This document shows positions 23,592 through 35,010 of a stretch of DNA of 35,010 nucleotides, piece after piece. The notes below the pieces were generated by a model. That model saw nothing but the letters and a program-made list of their open reading frames with translations, ran no database searches and was not told where the DNA came from. The number at the start of each line of letters is the position of its first letter. The first letter of the stretch is position 1. The position numbers and the translations under genes are program-made. Source of the DNA: Octopus bimaculoides (lineage: Eukaryota); contig NC_068982.1 of assembly GCF_001194135.2 (NCBI RefSeq), positions 8,534,949 to 8,569,958 of the forward strand. The letters run 5' to 3'.

Positions 23592-23800
23592 TCGGCGAAT
23601 TGGCACTATCGTTAACAAATCGGGAAAAACGCTTAGCTGCATTTTCTTTCTTAAGGTGTGGGTCCAAATTCCACGAAGGTCGAATTTGCCTTTTATACAC
23701 GCGTAGTTGATAAAATGAGTACTAGTATAGCTGGATCGATGTAATCGACTAGAGAGTCATCTCCATTTTCAGGCTTTGTACCTATAGTAGAAAGAATATT
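23592..23800 (+). mobile_element. Old, diverged family-A SINE
   Basis: TCGGCGAATTGGC head, GTCCAAATTCC B-box remnant, GGTCGAATTTGCCTTT and GATAAAATGAGTACTAGT...TCGATGTAATCGACT. Confidence 0.65.
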
Positions 23801-24345
23801 AAGATTGCATCTCTTCTTTTCCTGGCAACAGTAAGACATAAGGAATTATTATTCGGGTTCCAGAGTGAATATTTCTTATGCGAATGAATTAAGAACTATA
23901 TGTTCACGGATAAACTCCCCAGGGTCCCAACAAACAGAATCTGTATTTAGGAACAAATGTTTCTAAATATGTTTAGAAATTCGTTTCAAACAAACATATA
24001 AATATTTGTTTTAAAATTTTATCGGGAGAAATGCATATATAATAGAATTCAGTGATCAAATATCTTATCAAAATATTTGAGGTTTGCGTTGTGGTAGAGA
24101 GAGCAAAACAATTTTAAGACTTATTTATGTTTTAATTATTATTTTAAAAAATGGAAAGTAATCAGTATACACATGAGGAGAAGCCGCATTTTTATTTCAA
24201 TCATGTCATATTTGCTCTTTGTTGTTTTGCTTTGGCAAGGGGGAGTTTTAAGTATTGCCTACGTTCTTTTCTAATCTTTTTGCAAAGAATCTGAATCTCT
24301 TCCAAATAAGTTCAAAGCTATAGCTGTTGAATTGAATTGTGTAAG

Positions 24346-24682
24346 CATCGCTTGACAACCGATATTGGTGTGTTTACGTCTCTGTAACTTAGCGGTTCGG
24401 CAAAAGAACCCGATAGAATAAGTACTGAAAACATAATTGGAACCAGGACTATAGTACATAGATGGCATATATTCTGGTGGGGAGAAAACACAGACACAAA
24501 AATACATATATACATATATATATACGACGGGCGTCTTTCAGTTTACGTCTACCAAATTCACACACAAGGTTTTGGTCAGCCCGAGGATATAGTAGAAGAC
24601 ACTTGCTCAAGGTGCCACACAGTGGGACTGAACTCGGAACCAGGTGGTTGGGAAGCAAGCTTCTTACTACATAGCCACTCCG
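24346..24682 (-). mobile_element. Family-C SINE split by an internal inversion (3' part on +, 5' part on -)
   Basis: 24346-24426 matches the family-C 3' segment in + orientation; 24477-24682 matches the middle and tRNA head in - orientation. Confidence 0.85.
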
Positions 24683-27199
24683 CTTTGTTAATAGCAGTTC
24701 CTCTATACTCTAAGGCACATGTCTCAATCACTGATCTGAAGATAAATCCCTGAAATATAATCTGGTACTTAAACGTTAAAACAAATATAGTTAAATTATT
24801 CCAAAAGTTAAGAAACAAAGATTTCCTCAGCTCTCACATTTGCAGTATAATTTTTGAATAGAAACTGTTTGAGAATAATCTGTGATAGTCCCCATAGCAC
24901 GTGATGCAGGCACACATAATAACGAAAAACGACGTGCCCTTAACTAAGGTTGCATTACACAGCAGTGATATATGTAACAGTAATCACATTTACCAGAAAG
25001 TGTGAAATTCGACATTGAAATCTATATATGAAAACCATATTTCTTCCTTCAGTGGTGAATGAAATTTGCCTTTATAACATGCGTTGTAGGTTAACGATAA
25101 CATCTATCATATCAGATACTGTGCCTTGGAATAAAGGATAAGCGAAATAAACGGACAGCATACCAATGGAACAGGAAGATATCTGTTTCAACTGGAATTA
25201 CTATATGTTCTCAAAATAAAAAAAAAAAAGAAAAGAAAAAAAAGAACACACGGAAGATTACCGTTCGCTTTGTTTCGGAGAATGATTTAATTTTCTCTTT
25301 AAAGTCCTACCAGTTTTAATTTCCTACAAATTAATTCAGAAATTTTCTAGCACAGAATATTGACAAAAAGACGTTTTTAGATATATATATAATTAAACTA
25401 ATTACTGTTATTACACCTATCGTGAAACTATAATACTTTATCCTAATCTGCTTTTTATATATTATAGAAGACGTTCTTTATAGTGACAGCGGACTCATTA
25501 TTTATATAGAATTTAATTTATATTATGTATTAAATGATTAAAACAAACGCATTCCCTCATGAAACAGATAAAAACGATTTATTTTAAATATTGTTTTCAT
25601 CTTAGTGTATTATTTCATAAACTATATACATTCAACCGTCAAGCTATCATTTTCAAGGAGAGAAATATTTAGACATATGATATATAAAAGAAGGATGATA
25701 AATCTACCACAAGAAAAATCTTTTTACTGTGTTGCAAGTTAACAGTTTGTGTTCCATTCAGAGAGATAACCTTTAAGATAGGTTACCACGGGATCATTTA
25801 TGTTAAGTTATGCATTTAACAGGAAGTAATATTCAAAGATAGCACTTTATAAGATGTATCGATGTCTTTATGGTTCATTTATAGATCTCTTGTAGATCAA
25901 TCACTTTCCAATTATTAGTAGTTGTTATTAGTGATTTATTTTCGGAAAACAATTAAATAGATATTGTAATGACTTGATCGTTTTCAACTGTACTAAGACA
26001 TGTATTTACTTTACGAAATGCTGGATTCTCATTTAATTATTCTGTTGCCAATTGCTGAGTAGGCTATGTATGTATGTTTCTATACATATACACATTTACG
26101 TACGCAATCTTTCCATCACATACACACACACGCGCGCACACACATGTCAAACAGAGGAACTAAATTAAAGTTAAACTAACACGGATAGTTATCGTTGATT
26201 TTAACTGAAACCACAAAAAACTTTATCATTCTTTATTTTATAGGTACAGTTGAAATGAAACGCGTAATATCATCGAGAATATTTTAATTCGAAACTAATA
26301 GAACAGCAACTTAAACGTGCAACTTCTGTGTAAGCTTGTGAATTTTAATAAAATCATATATTCTACAGGAAAATTTCATATGACCTCAGGGATTGATATT
26401 TATGAAAGAGAAAAATGTAAACATATATAACAACTTATGTAGGATTTCACGTATAAAAATTCTTTAGCGAAATATACATTTTTGTATGTTACTTATGTAC
26501 GTAAATAACAGGCATTATATATGCACGAATAATTAGTCTATATACGTATGAACTACATGCAAGTGTGGATAATTCAGATTTATATTAAGGTATGTTTATA
26601 ATTCTCTTTTTACCAATATATTAGAAATAATGAATACCTTTTCTGTTGTGTTTGAAAGAACACAGATGACATATCGATATCTGACTGCATATTTCACCTT
26701 TTGATTATCATGAAGAAATTGATGAAGTGAAAACAATTTTAGCTTCAATACATTTTCTTGAAAATTCATAACAGAAGCATATAGCTTCTAGTTCTATGCC
26801 TGTGGCAACAAATGTTAAGATACACACGTTTGACCTTCATATAAGTTTTGAAACATGAACTGTATCCACATAGTGAGCAACATCTCGTTTAAACAAACAC
26901 GTTCTTTTGTTGCTAGTGCTACACAAATATACATAAATACGCATATACACACATTAACTCTTCGCGTTTTGCAAAGTTTTAATACATTTTCAATCATACA
27001 TACATATATGTATAGAAATAATATATAAATATATGCATATATCCATACATATATGTACATACCTACATCTATATGTATACATACATGCATATATGGGTAC
27101 AGGACATAAATAAAAAAAAACTTAAACACAATGAGAAACGAAAACATAAAAACGAAAGCATAGAAAACGAGCATTTTTCAAACAACGAAAAAAACAAGA

Positions 27200-27307
27200 G
27201 AAACGAGACATGCAACATAAAGAGTATAACCCTTCGTCAGTTGTCCCTGTTTCATCTACTCCGCGTTTTGAAGGCAAGGACAATACGCGACTTCGTTGAA
27301 ACACTCC

Positions 27308-27310
<3 letters not shown>
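27200..27310. repeat. Interspersed-repeat fragment of uncertain family
   Basis: GC-richer island next to the (TA)n and PLE remnant; contains CTGACGAAGGG on the minus strand. Family not established. Confidence 0.3.
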
Positions 27311-27340
<30 letters not shown>

Positions 27341-27343
<3 letters not shown>

Positions 27344-27445
27344 TCTTTTTCAGAATGAGATAAAAATCCAAGGCTGTGAAGATTTTACAACTTTTATAAA
27401 TAGGTCTTACAGCTGTTTCCGGGATATTTTCTATATCCCCTCATC
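27341..27445 (-). mobile_element. Inverted Penelope pseudo-LTR segment with a truncated hammerhead motif
   Basis: Minus strand: (AG)GATGA-G-GGGATAT-AGAAA-ATATCCC-G-GAAA-CAGCTG-TA-AGACC. Stem II is 7 bp, stem III is the palindrome ACAGCTGT, and the triplet is GTA. It abuts the 5'-truncated RT in the opposite orientation. Confidence 0.7.
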
Positions 27446-28485
27446 CTGAAGGATCACAAAAAAGACTTTATTACCAAACATTCAATACGCTTCATATGTC
27501 CCACCAAATCCGACCTGGTAAGGGTAAGCAAAAACATTTTTGACAAAATTATACCAATCGTCAAAGTCAAGTTAAATGGTCCCACACTGGTGAAGTTATT
27601 ACATGGTTCCACCTTCTAAAAACAAAAAAAAAAAAACACATATTCCTTCCTACAGTTCGACATAAATAACTAATCCTCAAGCTCTTCTGCTCACTAGGAA
27701 TTTTACTAACCTAACCCCACGAGAAATTAACATAATACTTAATGGCCGCAAACCTTTATTTCTTTTGAAAACAAACTCTAGCGCCGGGTCCATCACCATA
27801 ACAATAACCATAGCAATCTATTCGACATAACCATGAGATCATCTGATTCAGCTCAGGTCACTCACTTAGTTGGACTATATAAACTTCAACAGCTCCATAT
27901 ATAGATTTCCATAATATCAAGGGAGACCTATACAGGGACGACGCTTTACTAGTTACCAAAAGCATAAATAAATCCTCCTTAGAAAGAACTAGACATGATC
28001 TACATAAATTCTTCTCTAACCTAAACCTATCTATCACATTAAAAAACGCTCACAAAACTGCTACCTTTCTTGACGCAACTCTAAACTTATCAACCACCCA
28101 ATACTTCACTTACCACAAACCTAACCAATATCTTAAATACCTTAACATCCACTCCAATCACCACAACTCCACTTTCGATAACATAATCAAGGGCATCTCA
28201 ACCCGCATATCTAACCTCTCTTCCACTGAGGAAATTTTCAATAATAACGCACCATATTATAATCAAACACTCGCCGCTAGCGGCTTTTCCCAACAAATAG
28301 AATACGTCCATAACATCGGGCTCAAACAACACATGTCTCAAATCACATCTCAAACACGTACCAACCATCACAACCGCAATCAACCGCACACACTCGTTGA
28401 TGGAACCCTGGAAGATCTTACACCTAGGCAACCTAGACCCCACACACATTCATTTAAAACTAGGTCAAAAATGGACAGGAGTTAA
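27443..28485 (+). pseudogene. 5'-truncated Penelope-like element reverse transcriptase (no GIY-YIG domain seen)
   Basis: ILKDHKKDF..IRFICPTKSDLVRVSK; FLQFDI; LFDITMRSSDSAQVTHLVGLY; GDLYRDDAL (YRDD at 27931-42); FLDATLNL; YHKPN..YLNIHSNH; ISTRISNLSSTEEIF; LAASGF. Frame 27883-28482 is stop-free for 200 codons; upstream has frameshifts and stops. Confidence 0.92.
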
Positions 28486-28872
28486 AATAATAAGATAACA
28501 GTACTAAACGAGTGAAGAAAAAAATAGTGCGTGTGTTTATTTGGCGAACAAAAAATAAAGAATAGAACGACCACCCCGAAGTAGAACAATATATAAATAT
28601 ATATANNNNNNNNNNNNNNNNNNNNNNNNNNNNNNNNNNNNNNNNNNNNNNNNNNNNNNNNNNNNNNNNNNNNNNNNNNNNNNNNNNNNNNNNNNNNNNN
28701 NNNNNNNNNNNNNNNNNNNNNNNNNNNNNNNNNNNNNNNNNNNNNNNNNNNNNNNNNNNNNNNNNNNNNNNNNNNNNNNNNNNNNNNNNNNNNNNNNNNN
28801 NNNNNNNNNNNNNNNNNNNNNNNNNNNNNNNNNNNNNNNNNNNNNNNNNNNNNNNNNNNNNNNNNNNNNNNN

Positions 28873-28977
28873 CAGGACTTATTCTACCGTACTCTTTTGC
28901 CGAACCGCTAAGTTACAGGGACATAAACACACCAGCATTGGTTGTCAAGCGATGTTGGGGGGACAAACACAGACACA

Positions 28978-29033
<56 letters not shown>

Positions 29034-29152
29034 CATACATATACATATATACGACGTGCTTCTTTCACTTTCCGTCTACCAAATCCACTCACAAGGCTTT
29101 GGTCGGCCTGAGGCTATAGTAGAAGACACTTGCCCAAGGTAGCCACTCCTGC
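28873..29152 (-). mobile_element. Family-C SINE with internal (CA)n/(TA)n and a ~59-nt deletion in the tRNA head
   Basis: Homologous to 5156-5568 and 24477-24682. CAAGGT joins directly to AGCCACTCC at 29140/29141, removing the B box and most of the A box. Confidence 0.85.
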
Positions 29153-29153
29153 G

Positions 29154-29187
<34 letters not shown>

Positions 29188-29247
29188 TATATATATATAT
29201 ATATATATATGTGTGTGAGTGTGTGTGTGTGCACGCGCGCGCGCGCG
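29154..29247. repeat. Consecutive (CT)n-(AT)n-(GT)n-(GC)n dinucleotide array
   Basis: Directly visible. Confidence 0.95.
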
Positions 29248-31404
29248 TTCCTTTGCATTAAGTAAAACTCCAATACTCAAAATACTTCAGAAATATGTTA
29301 TCACGTATTTTATACATCGTGATTTTATATACTCATTACCCTCGGTAGAATTAATATTTATTCCCTACTCACTTTAATACCAATTTTAGTTTTACGATAC
29401 TTGATTCTAATACATTGCTAATATATAACTTATAGGTCATACAAATTTCTTTCAGATCACACAAATTTCTGATAACAAATTGACTTCTAAGTTATCAGAT
29501 ACATGTTAATAGAAGACATGCACATATTTATACAAAAACATCATTGGCAATGATGAATAAGTATTCCCAGTTGGTAATCAACAAGCATGACTCATATAAT
29601 TAGATATTTGTTTTGTCTCGTAATCGAACATACATTGGGAGACCTAGCATTTAACAGGAAATATATAAAGAATAATATAGAAAGAAATTAATTACACAGA
29701 GACAGAGTATTAAATAATTTTCCCCATCTTTCTCGAATAACGATTAATATTATAGATATATGTAATACTTCTGAAACAGCTTAATGAATAATATTCATCA
29801 CTTTATTATACCAAAAATGGAGCACCAGCTTAAAATAAGATCTTGTGCATAATTACTCAGCAATGTGGACTCTTTGGCGAGGTGGAAAAGACATATATAT
29901 GTATCTAGAATTCTCTATACATGAATATATTTCTCGATATATTTGCCTCGCATATCAGTGTTTCTTTCTCATTCATTCGATATGAACAGGGAATTCTCCT
30001 TGACAAGAAAGCTACATTAAAAAGAAGAGACTTTTTAAAATATATCCAATTGTGTAACGTGCTTTCTGCATTTATTTTATCTCTTAGAGGAAATACTGAC
30101 CCGTAGAGAAATCCATTATATACTTTATAATGGATGCTTTATCAAAGTGAGATTTCTCTACTCGCATGTGTACACATTCTGTATAGAAAGTATTATCTCG
30201 TTCGGTTTATGTTTTCAATAGATTTTCCCAATATATCGCCTATTGGTGTTATGCTACTGATATTGTGGCCTGTCGTAATTTTACACTTTTGTTGGAAACG
30301 AATCGTTCATGAATATACATATTATGGATCAAAGTTCTGTCTTAAACTATATATTTGTTTGATGCTGACTTCATTTTCTACAGGTGTTCTTTTTCATGTA
30401 AAAGTTTTGTTTTTTTCTTTCAACATTATCCCATCGACTATTGGTATTTGGATTCTATGAGGTTTTCCTACTGCCATGATAGTACATTTTTGCAATTTTG
30501 TTTGGCATTTATTTAATAACATTGTTACTATATGTCTTATTGGCATCTATTTGATAATATTTTATCTATATATTGGTGTTTGTCTCCTTTCATTTTATGC
30601 CTGTAGTTTGCTTTTTCTTTTTCATTAGACACCCCCACAACTTACATAAAGATTTCTACGTGTCATTACAGAAGATTCATTTAGTGCTTTCAGTTTAAGT
30701 AAAGCACCTTTAAAGAAAACTAAATATTTGTAATTTTCAATATAATTCAGCTGACCGCTATTTATCTCCAATATATGTTTTCTTTCTTAAATTGTTTCGT
30801 TCGTGATTAATCTTATGCGGAGTGTGTATACTTGACACAGCATCTAATAAGAAGACAGCTCTAAATACTGATTGTTTTTAAGAGTGATTATATGCAGACA
30901 TGACTTTGCATAAATTTTAAGCTGATCTATATAAGTTAAATAGATTATTTTCCTAACTACTTAAAAAGTTCTCCGATTTCATGGTCTATATATTTAATAC
31001 ATCAGTGAAGGAGGAATAGTAAGCAGCATTATAAATAGCGATGGCTACCTTCTAGTTCTTGAATTCGGGACATGTCAATGATATTTCCATATGATGCCTC
31101 ATTGGTAGTAAGGGATTTAATCGAATCTATGAGGATATATGCAAAAACGTATAAGCACAATCACCCGATGTAACTGAAGCAGATTTTAAAGAATATACAT
31201 TTTCATTGCAGAGAAAAATCTGCAGTTGGCGAAGATGTATAACCTGTCTAGCTAGAAGAAATTCATACGATGCTTTAATTTTGATTATTCCAAAAGCACA
31301 AACTCTAAATGTCTAAATTATCATTGTGTTCAGAATTTAATACTTTCAGGTTAGGAGTTCTATATCTGATGTTTAGTCACTATTGTCAGATCGAAATTTA
31401 ACAG

Positions 31405-31970
31405 TTTCGCCCGGCTAGGTTCGGAGTCCCCTCGATCGGGTCTGCCCAGAGCGGGTGCCAGGCCCATTCGGAGCCGGCGGCGATCGGCGGTGTTCTTTTC
31501 GGCCCGAGAGTCGGGTTGCTTGGGAACGCAGCCTAAAGCGGGTGGTAAGCTCCATCCAAGGCTAAATACGGGGACGAGTCCGACAACCCACAAGTACCGC
31601 GAGGGAAAGTTGAAAAGAACTTTGGAGAGAGAGTTCAAGAGACCGTGAAACCGCCCAAGGGTAAACGGGTAGGACCGCTCACCGCGATTGCGAGGGGCCT
31701 CAGTCCGCTGCTACTCCACCCGACTAAGGCGCCGTCGTCGCCGCCGTACGCGTCGGTGGCGGCCGCTCGTTTCCGCGGGCGGTCGTCTGCCGCCTCGTCG
31801 GCGCTCGATTTCCGGGGCGCCGGCATTGGACGCACTTCCCCTCCGATCCGTCGTCGCGACCCGTTCCCGTCGGGCCGATAGGCGCGCGACGTCCGCAGGT
31901 CGCAGACGAGCGCCCCGGCGTCCGGAACCCGTTCCGCGGAGACCGGCGTCGGGAACCACGCACTTCTCTC
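31405..31970 (+). rRNA. Orphan 28S rRNA gene fragment (D1 3' part, conserved core, D2 5' part); non-functional
   Basis: Universal LSU motifs GAGTCGGGTTGCTTGGGAA (31508), AAAGCGGGTGGTAA, CAAGTACCGCGAGGGAAAGTTGAAAAGAACTTTGGAGAGAGAGTTCAAGAG (31591-31640) and GTGAAACCG. Sharp GC-rich island with no 5.8S/ITS2 upstream and no further 28S downstream. Confidence 0.95.
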
Positions 31971-34894
31971 AACTGGTATAACTTTTAGTAGTAGTTAAAT
32001 GCAGGAAGTGTCTATGATCACTGATAATATACAATATGCCAAGGATATATTTCAAGGAGATACTTTCATCTCGAAGCCGAAGGTAGACAACAGTTGTCCA
32101 GGGAAATATAGCATAAAGTTAGACTCGTGTAAAAATTAAACTTTTGTTGGAACTAATAATCAATCAGTAGTTACTCCAGCCACCTTAAAGCAATAGATGT
32201 GTATCTGTAGTTACATATGCCACTAATTACTATTGAAGTAATCATGAGAAACTGGGCTGCACAAAACCAGAAAGAAAGTTTTGTTAATTAGAAAATTACA
32301 AATATAAGTCATTTATAACATTTAAAACTGCTCAACACTTTCAGTGTGCACGCTAAGAGATGCACACATGCAATATCATTCATATTTGCATTTATGTATA
32401 CGTATGCTAATACAAGTCTATTAAGCTGATGTTATGTAAATTCTAATTAAATAGGGTTGTCACTGGGCTAGGAATCGGTTCTTACCTTGTTAAGAAGTAG
32501 AAAAATGAAAGCGAATCAAAATCTTGTGTATGAATACATATTCTCATGTCGCTTTGTGACATAGTATGTAGGAACCTTCCCCGCTGTTATACGCATGTTG
32601 TATCGAATGCATTCTTTTGCATTGTTAATTTCAAACACAGCAACCAATCTGTCAGTCTGTCTCTCTTCCAATCTATTTGCATTTGAACCTCAACACGTGT
32701 CTTAAAAACAGGGCACATAAAAATGTAGTCTCGCAATATACAAGGAGCATTTTAAAACTGGAATGCTTTCATAATTGGTCCGTTGAGTCAAAGTCACCTT
32801 GGGACTTAACGACAAGTATATTTAGATTGTAGAATCTTCTACGTCAGTCTGATCAACATCAGTTGCTGCGAGGAAGTGTTGATGCGTACTCTGCTAGTTA
32901 TGTGAGAAGATACATTTGATCCTACTATTATTCTACTCACCTCTAATTTCTATTTTGCAATAATTGATTTTTAACTCTGCTTTGAAATTTGTGTTGTTCT
33001 ACATAATTTTTGAACTGGCTATTTGTATTGACATTCTGTGGTCTGTTTGACAAAACGGGTGCTTCCAAAACGTTTTCACATGTTTAATGTGTCTTATTTA
33101 CTTCTAAACACTTACCGTGTGTTGTCTTAGAGAATGTTTACAGATTGTATCGAAAGTCTAATTTTGTGGGAAGTTTTTCTCCATCAAACACTATTTATTT
33201 TTAATCTATGAAGATGGGTATTCTTTCTTTTAAATATTCGAATGCTTGCACTCGTATCTTTTTTTTATTGCTATCTTTATCACACGGGATCCGTTTTCAT
33301 ATTTACTTTTTGGGAGAGAATCTTATCACGGTGCATCTTGATTATTTTACTTGCTTCTCTACTTTAATTTGCGCTTCCAGCAAGCTATTCGAAGCTGGTT
33401 GTTCTTATCTCTTGTAAACTTATTCGTTGAAAGACCACAATGTTCTGTTAGTGCTAGAATACAAACCTGCAAAAATTCTTTAACTCATATGATTCTGTAT
33501 TGAAAAGTTGAACTTAATAGTTTACATTACGTATAGCTTCCCAAAATCGATGTTATTTTCTAACAAAATTTTTAAATTTTCAGAGCTCTTATTTATATAC
33601 AGTCGTAAATTAATAAGCTGTTGTTGTTATTTAATTTTCCTGCTGACTGTCAATTCCTACAAAATGTATCCTATTCTGTTAGAAGCACAGTCTGGTCTTC
33701 TTTCTATATGATGAAATATAAGAAATTTAGGCATTATATGTTATCAGTATGTCATGAACTTGTAGTCACTGTAATAGCAATATTGACAATCTCATCGGCA
33801 ACATTAATATTGCTACTGTTACTTCTACTGTCATCATCGCTGTTAATATCTATTGTTCTTCTACAGCTCCAGTGCGTCTTATTTCTTCAAACCATTATTT
33901 AATTGGTACAGTAATATTATCTAAGCTACTTGAGTAATTAATTTCTGTTGGCTATAGCTGATATTTGCTATTATTATTATTACTTGCCATTATTAGCATT
34001 GGGTTTGTCTGTTCATTGTATCCGTTGCTAGATCTCTAGTGGAATTTAGAAGAATATGTTATGCTGTGTTCTTCGTTTTAGCGTATTGCTGTCCCTTATT
34101 ATTTAACATTTTAGACCTCGTTATTCAGCTAAGGTTATCAGGAGAGTTTTACAATATCTGTTCATAGGTGTCACAATCGCCTGTTGTTCATTTGTGGGCA
34201 AACTATCTTAATTTTTCATCGGATGTACCGATGAATATAGTGTTCAATGCTGTAAGTTTCTTTACACAGCATTTCATATTTTTATTGCTAGCACTGGGCG
34301 ACAAGCATCGGGATTGTGAGTTAGTTAAACTCCTGCTACTAGTCTCATTATACACGTGACCCAACTGGTTGAAGTTGTGTTGCTGTTTGACATAGAGCAG
34401 AACCTTGAGCCGTTTTACAATTGAATTTTACGTTCATTTCGTATTGTTTTCTATGTTCCGTATGTTCTTTTTCTTCTTATTTAATTAATATTGTAAATAA
34501 TCATATTTAATTATTGTTGTAAATAATTCACAGAAAATATTTTTTCGCTGATAAAATGAGGCAGAAAATAAATATCAGTTATAGTAATTACGATCGTTTA
34601 GTTCACTCTGCATTGAAACGATTTATTTTGTTTTCCTAGTCCCACGTTTACACCCGTTTCTTAATTTACCATTTGCTGTATACTATTTAATCAATATATT
34701 TCAGGTGTAATAACCTCATACGATAGAAAATGTTTATAATTTCTAATTAGCATTAGCCTTTTAACATCACTCAGTTTCTAATGACGTCCTTCCTTTTTCG
34801 GTATTTCATCGGGTATATTATATATTTTTACAGATTTTACAGAGAGCTTTTGATTCTACTTTGATATTGTTATTCATTCCACACCAGTGCTTTC

Positions 34895-35010
34895 CCTTCC
34901 TCCTTCTCCTCCTCCTTCTCCTCCTCCTTCTCCTCCTCCTCTCCATCCTCCTCCTCCTCTCCATCCTCCTCCTCCTCTCCATCCTCCTCCTCCTCTCCAT
35001 CCTCCTCCTC
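34895..35010. repeat. (CCT)n-derived polypyrimidine array: 12-mer x3, then 18-mer x3 plus a partial copy
   Basis: TCCTTCTCCTCC at 34901, 34913, 34925; CTCCATCCTCCTCCTCCT at 34941, 34959, 34977, 34995 (partial). Confidence 0.95.

Noticed and set aside
24736-24762. CTGAAGA...GAAA spacing
   Set aside because: Neither stem I nor stem II can form.
27234-27240. CTGACGA box on the minus strand
   Set aside because: No properly placed GAAA or closing stems.
31360-31981. Arg/Ala/Pro-rich ORFs on both strands
   Set aside because: They are shadows of the GC-rich 28S rRNA fragment.
32940-33420. A-rich minus strand with two strong donor-like sites (GTGAGT near 32940, GTAAGT near 33116)
   Set aside because: No matching acceptor with an open frame, and no recognisable LINE motifs in translation.
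34818-35000. MERRRR-repeat ORF
   Set aside because: It is the translation of the (CCT)n-derived array.

Overview
This is AT-rich, repeat-dense eukaryotic (animal) non-coding DNA from a gapped short-read assembly, with five N gaps. The SINE families and abundant (TA)n/(TACA)n arrays look like an octopus-type cephalopod genome; that is pattern recognition, not a search result. No host protein-coding gene can be called confidently, and nearly all ORFs in the track are microsatellite, N-gap or rRNA-shadow artefacts. Well-supported content: a decayed DD37D (maT-type) Tc1/mariner transposase (10785-11822); a Penelope-like (PLE) reverse-transcriptase remnant with a 200-codon stop-free frame missed by the ORF track (27443-28485); at least eight copies of three tRNA-derived SINE families; and an isolated ~570-bp GC-rich 28S rRNA D1-D2 fragment (31405-31970). 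The most interesting signal is five sequence-divergent minimal type-I hammerhead ribozyme motifs (273, 13961, 15799, 17932, 27403). The one at 15799-15858 has an intact core, stem I and palindromic stem III. In two others, a rearrangement junction falls inside the CUGAUGA catalytic box. Several unexplained inverted repeats, a micro-inversion splitting a SINE, and a possible cryptic coding region at 8.4-9.5 kb also merit checking.
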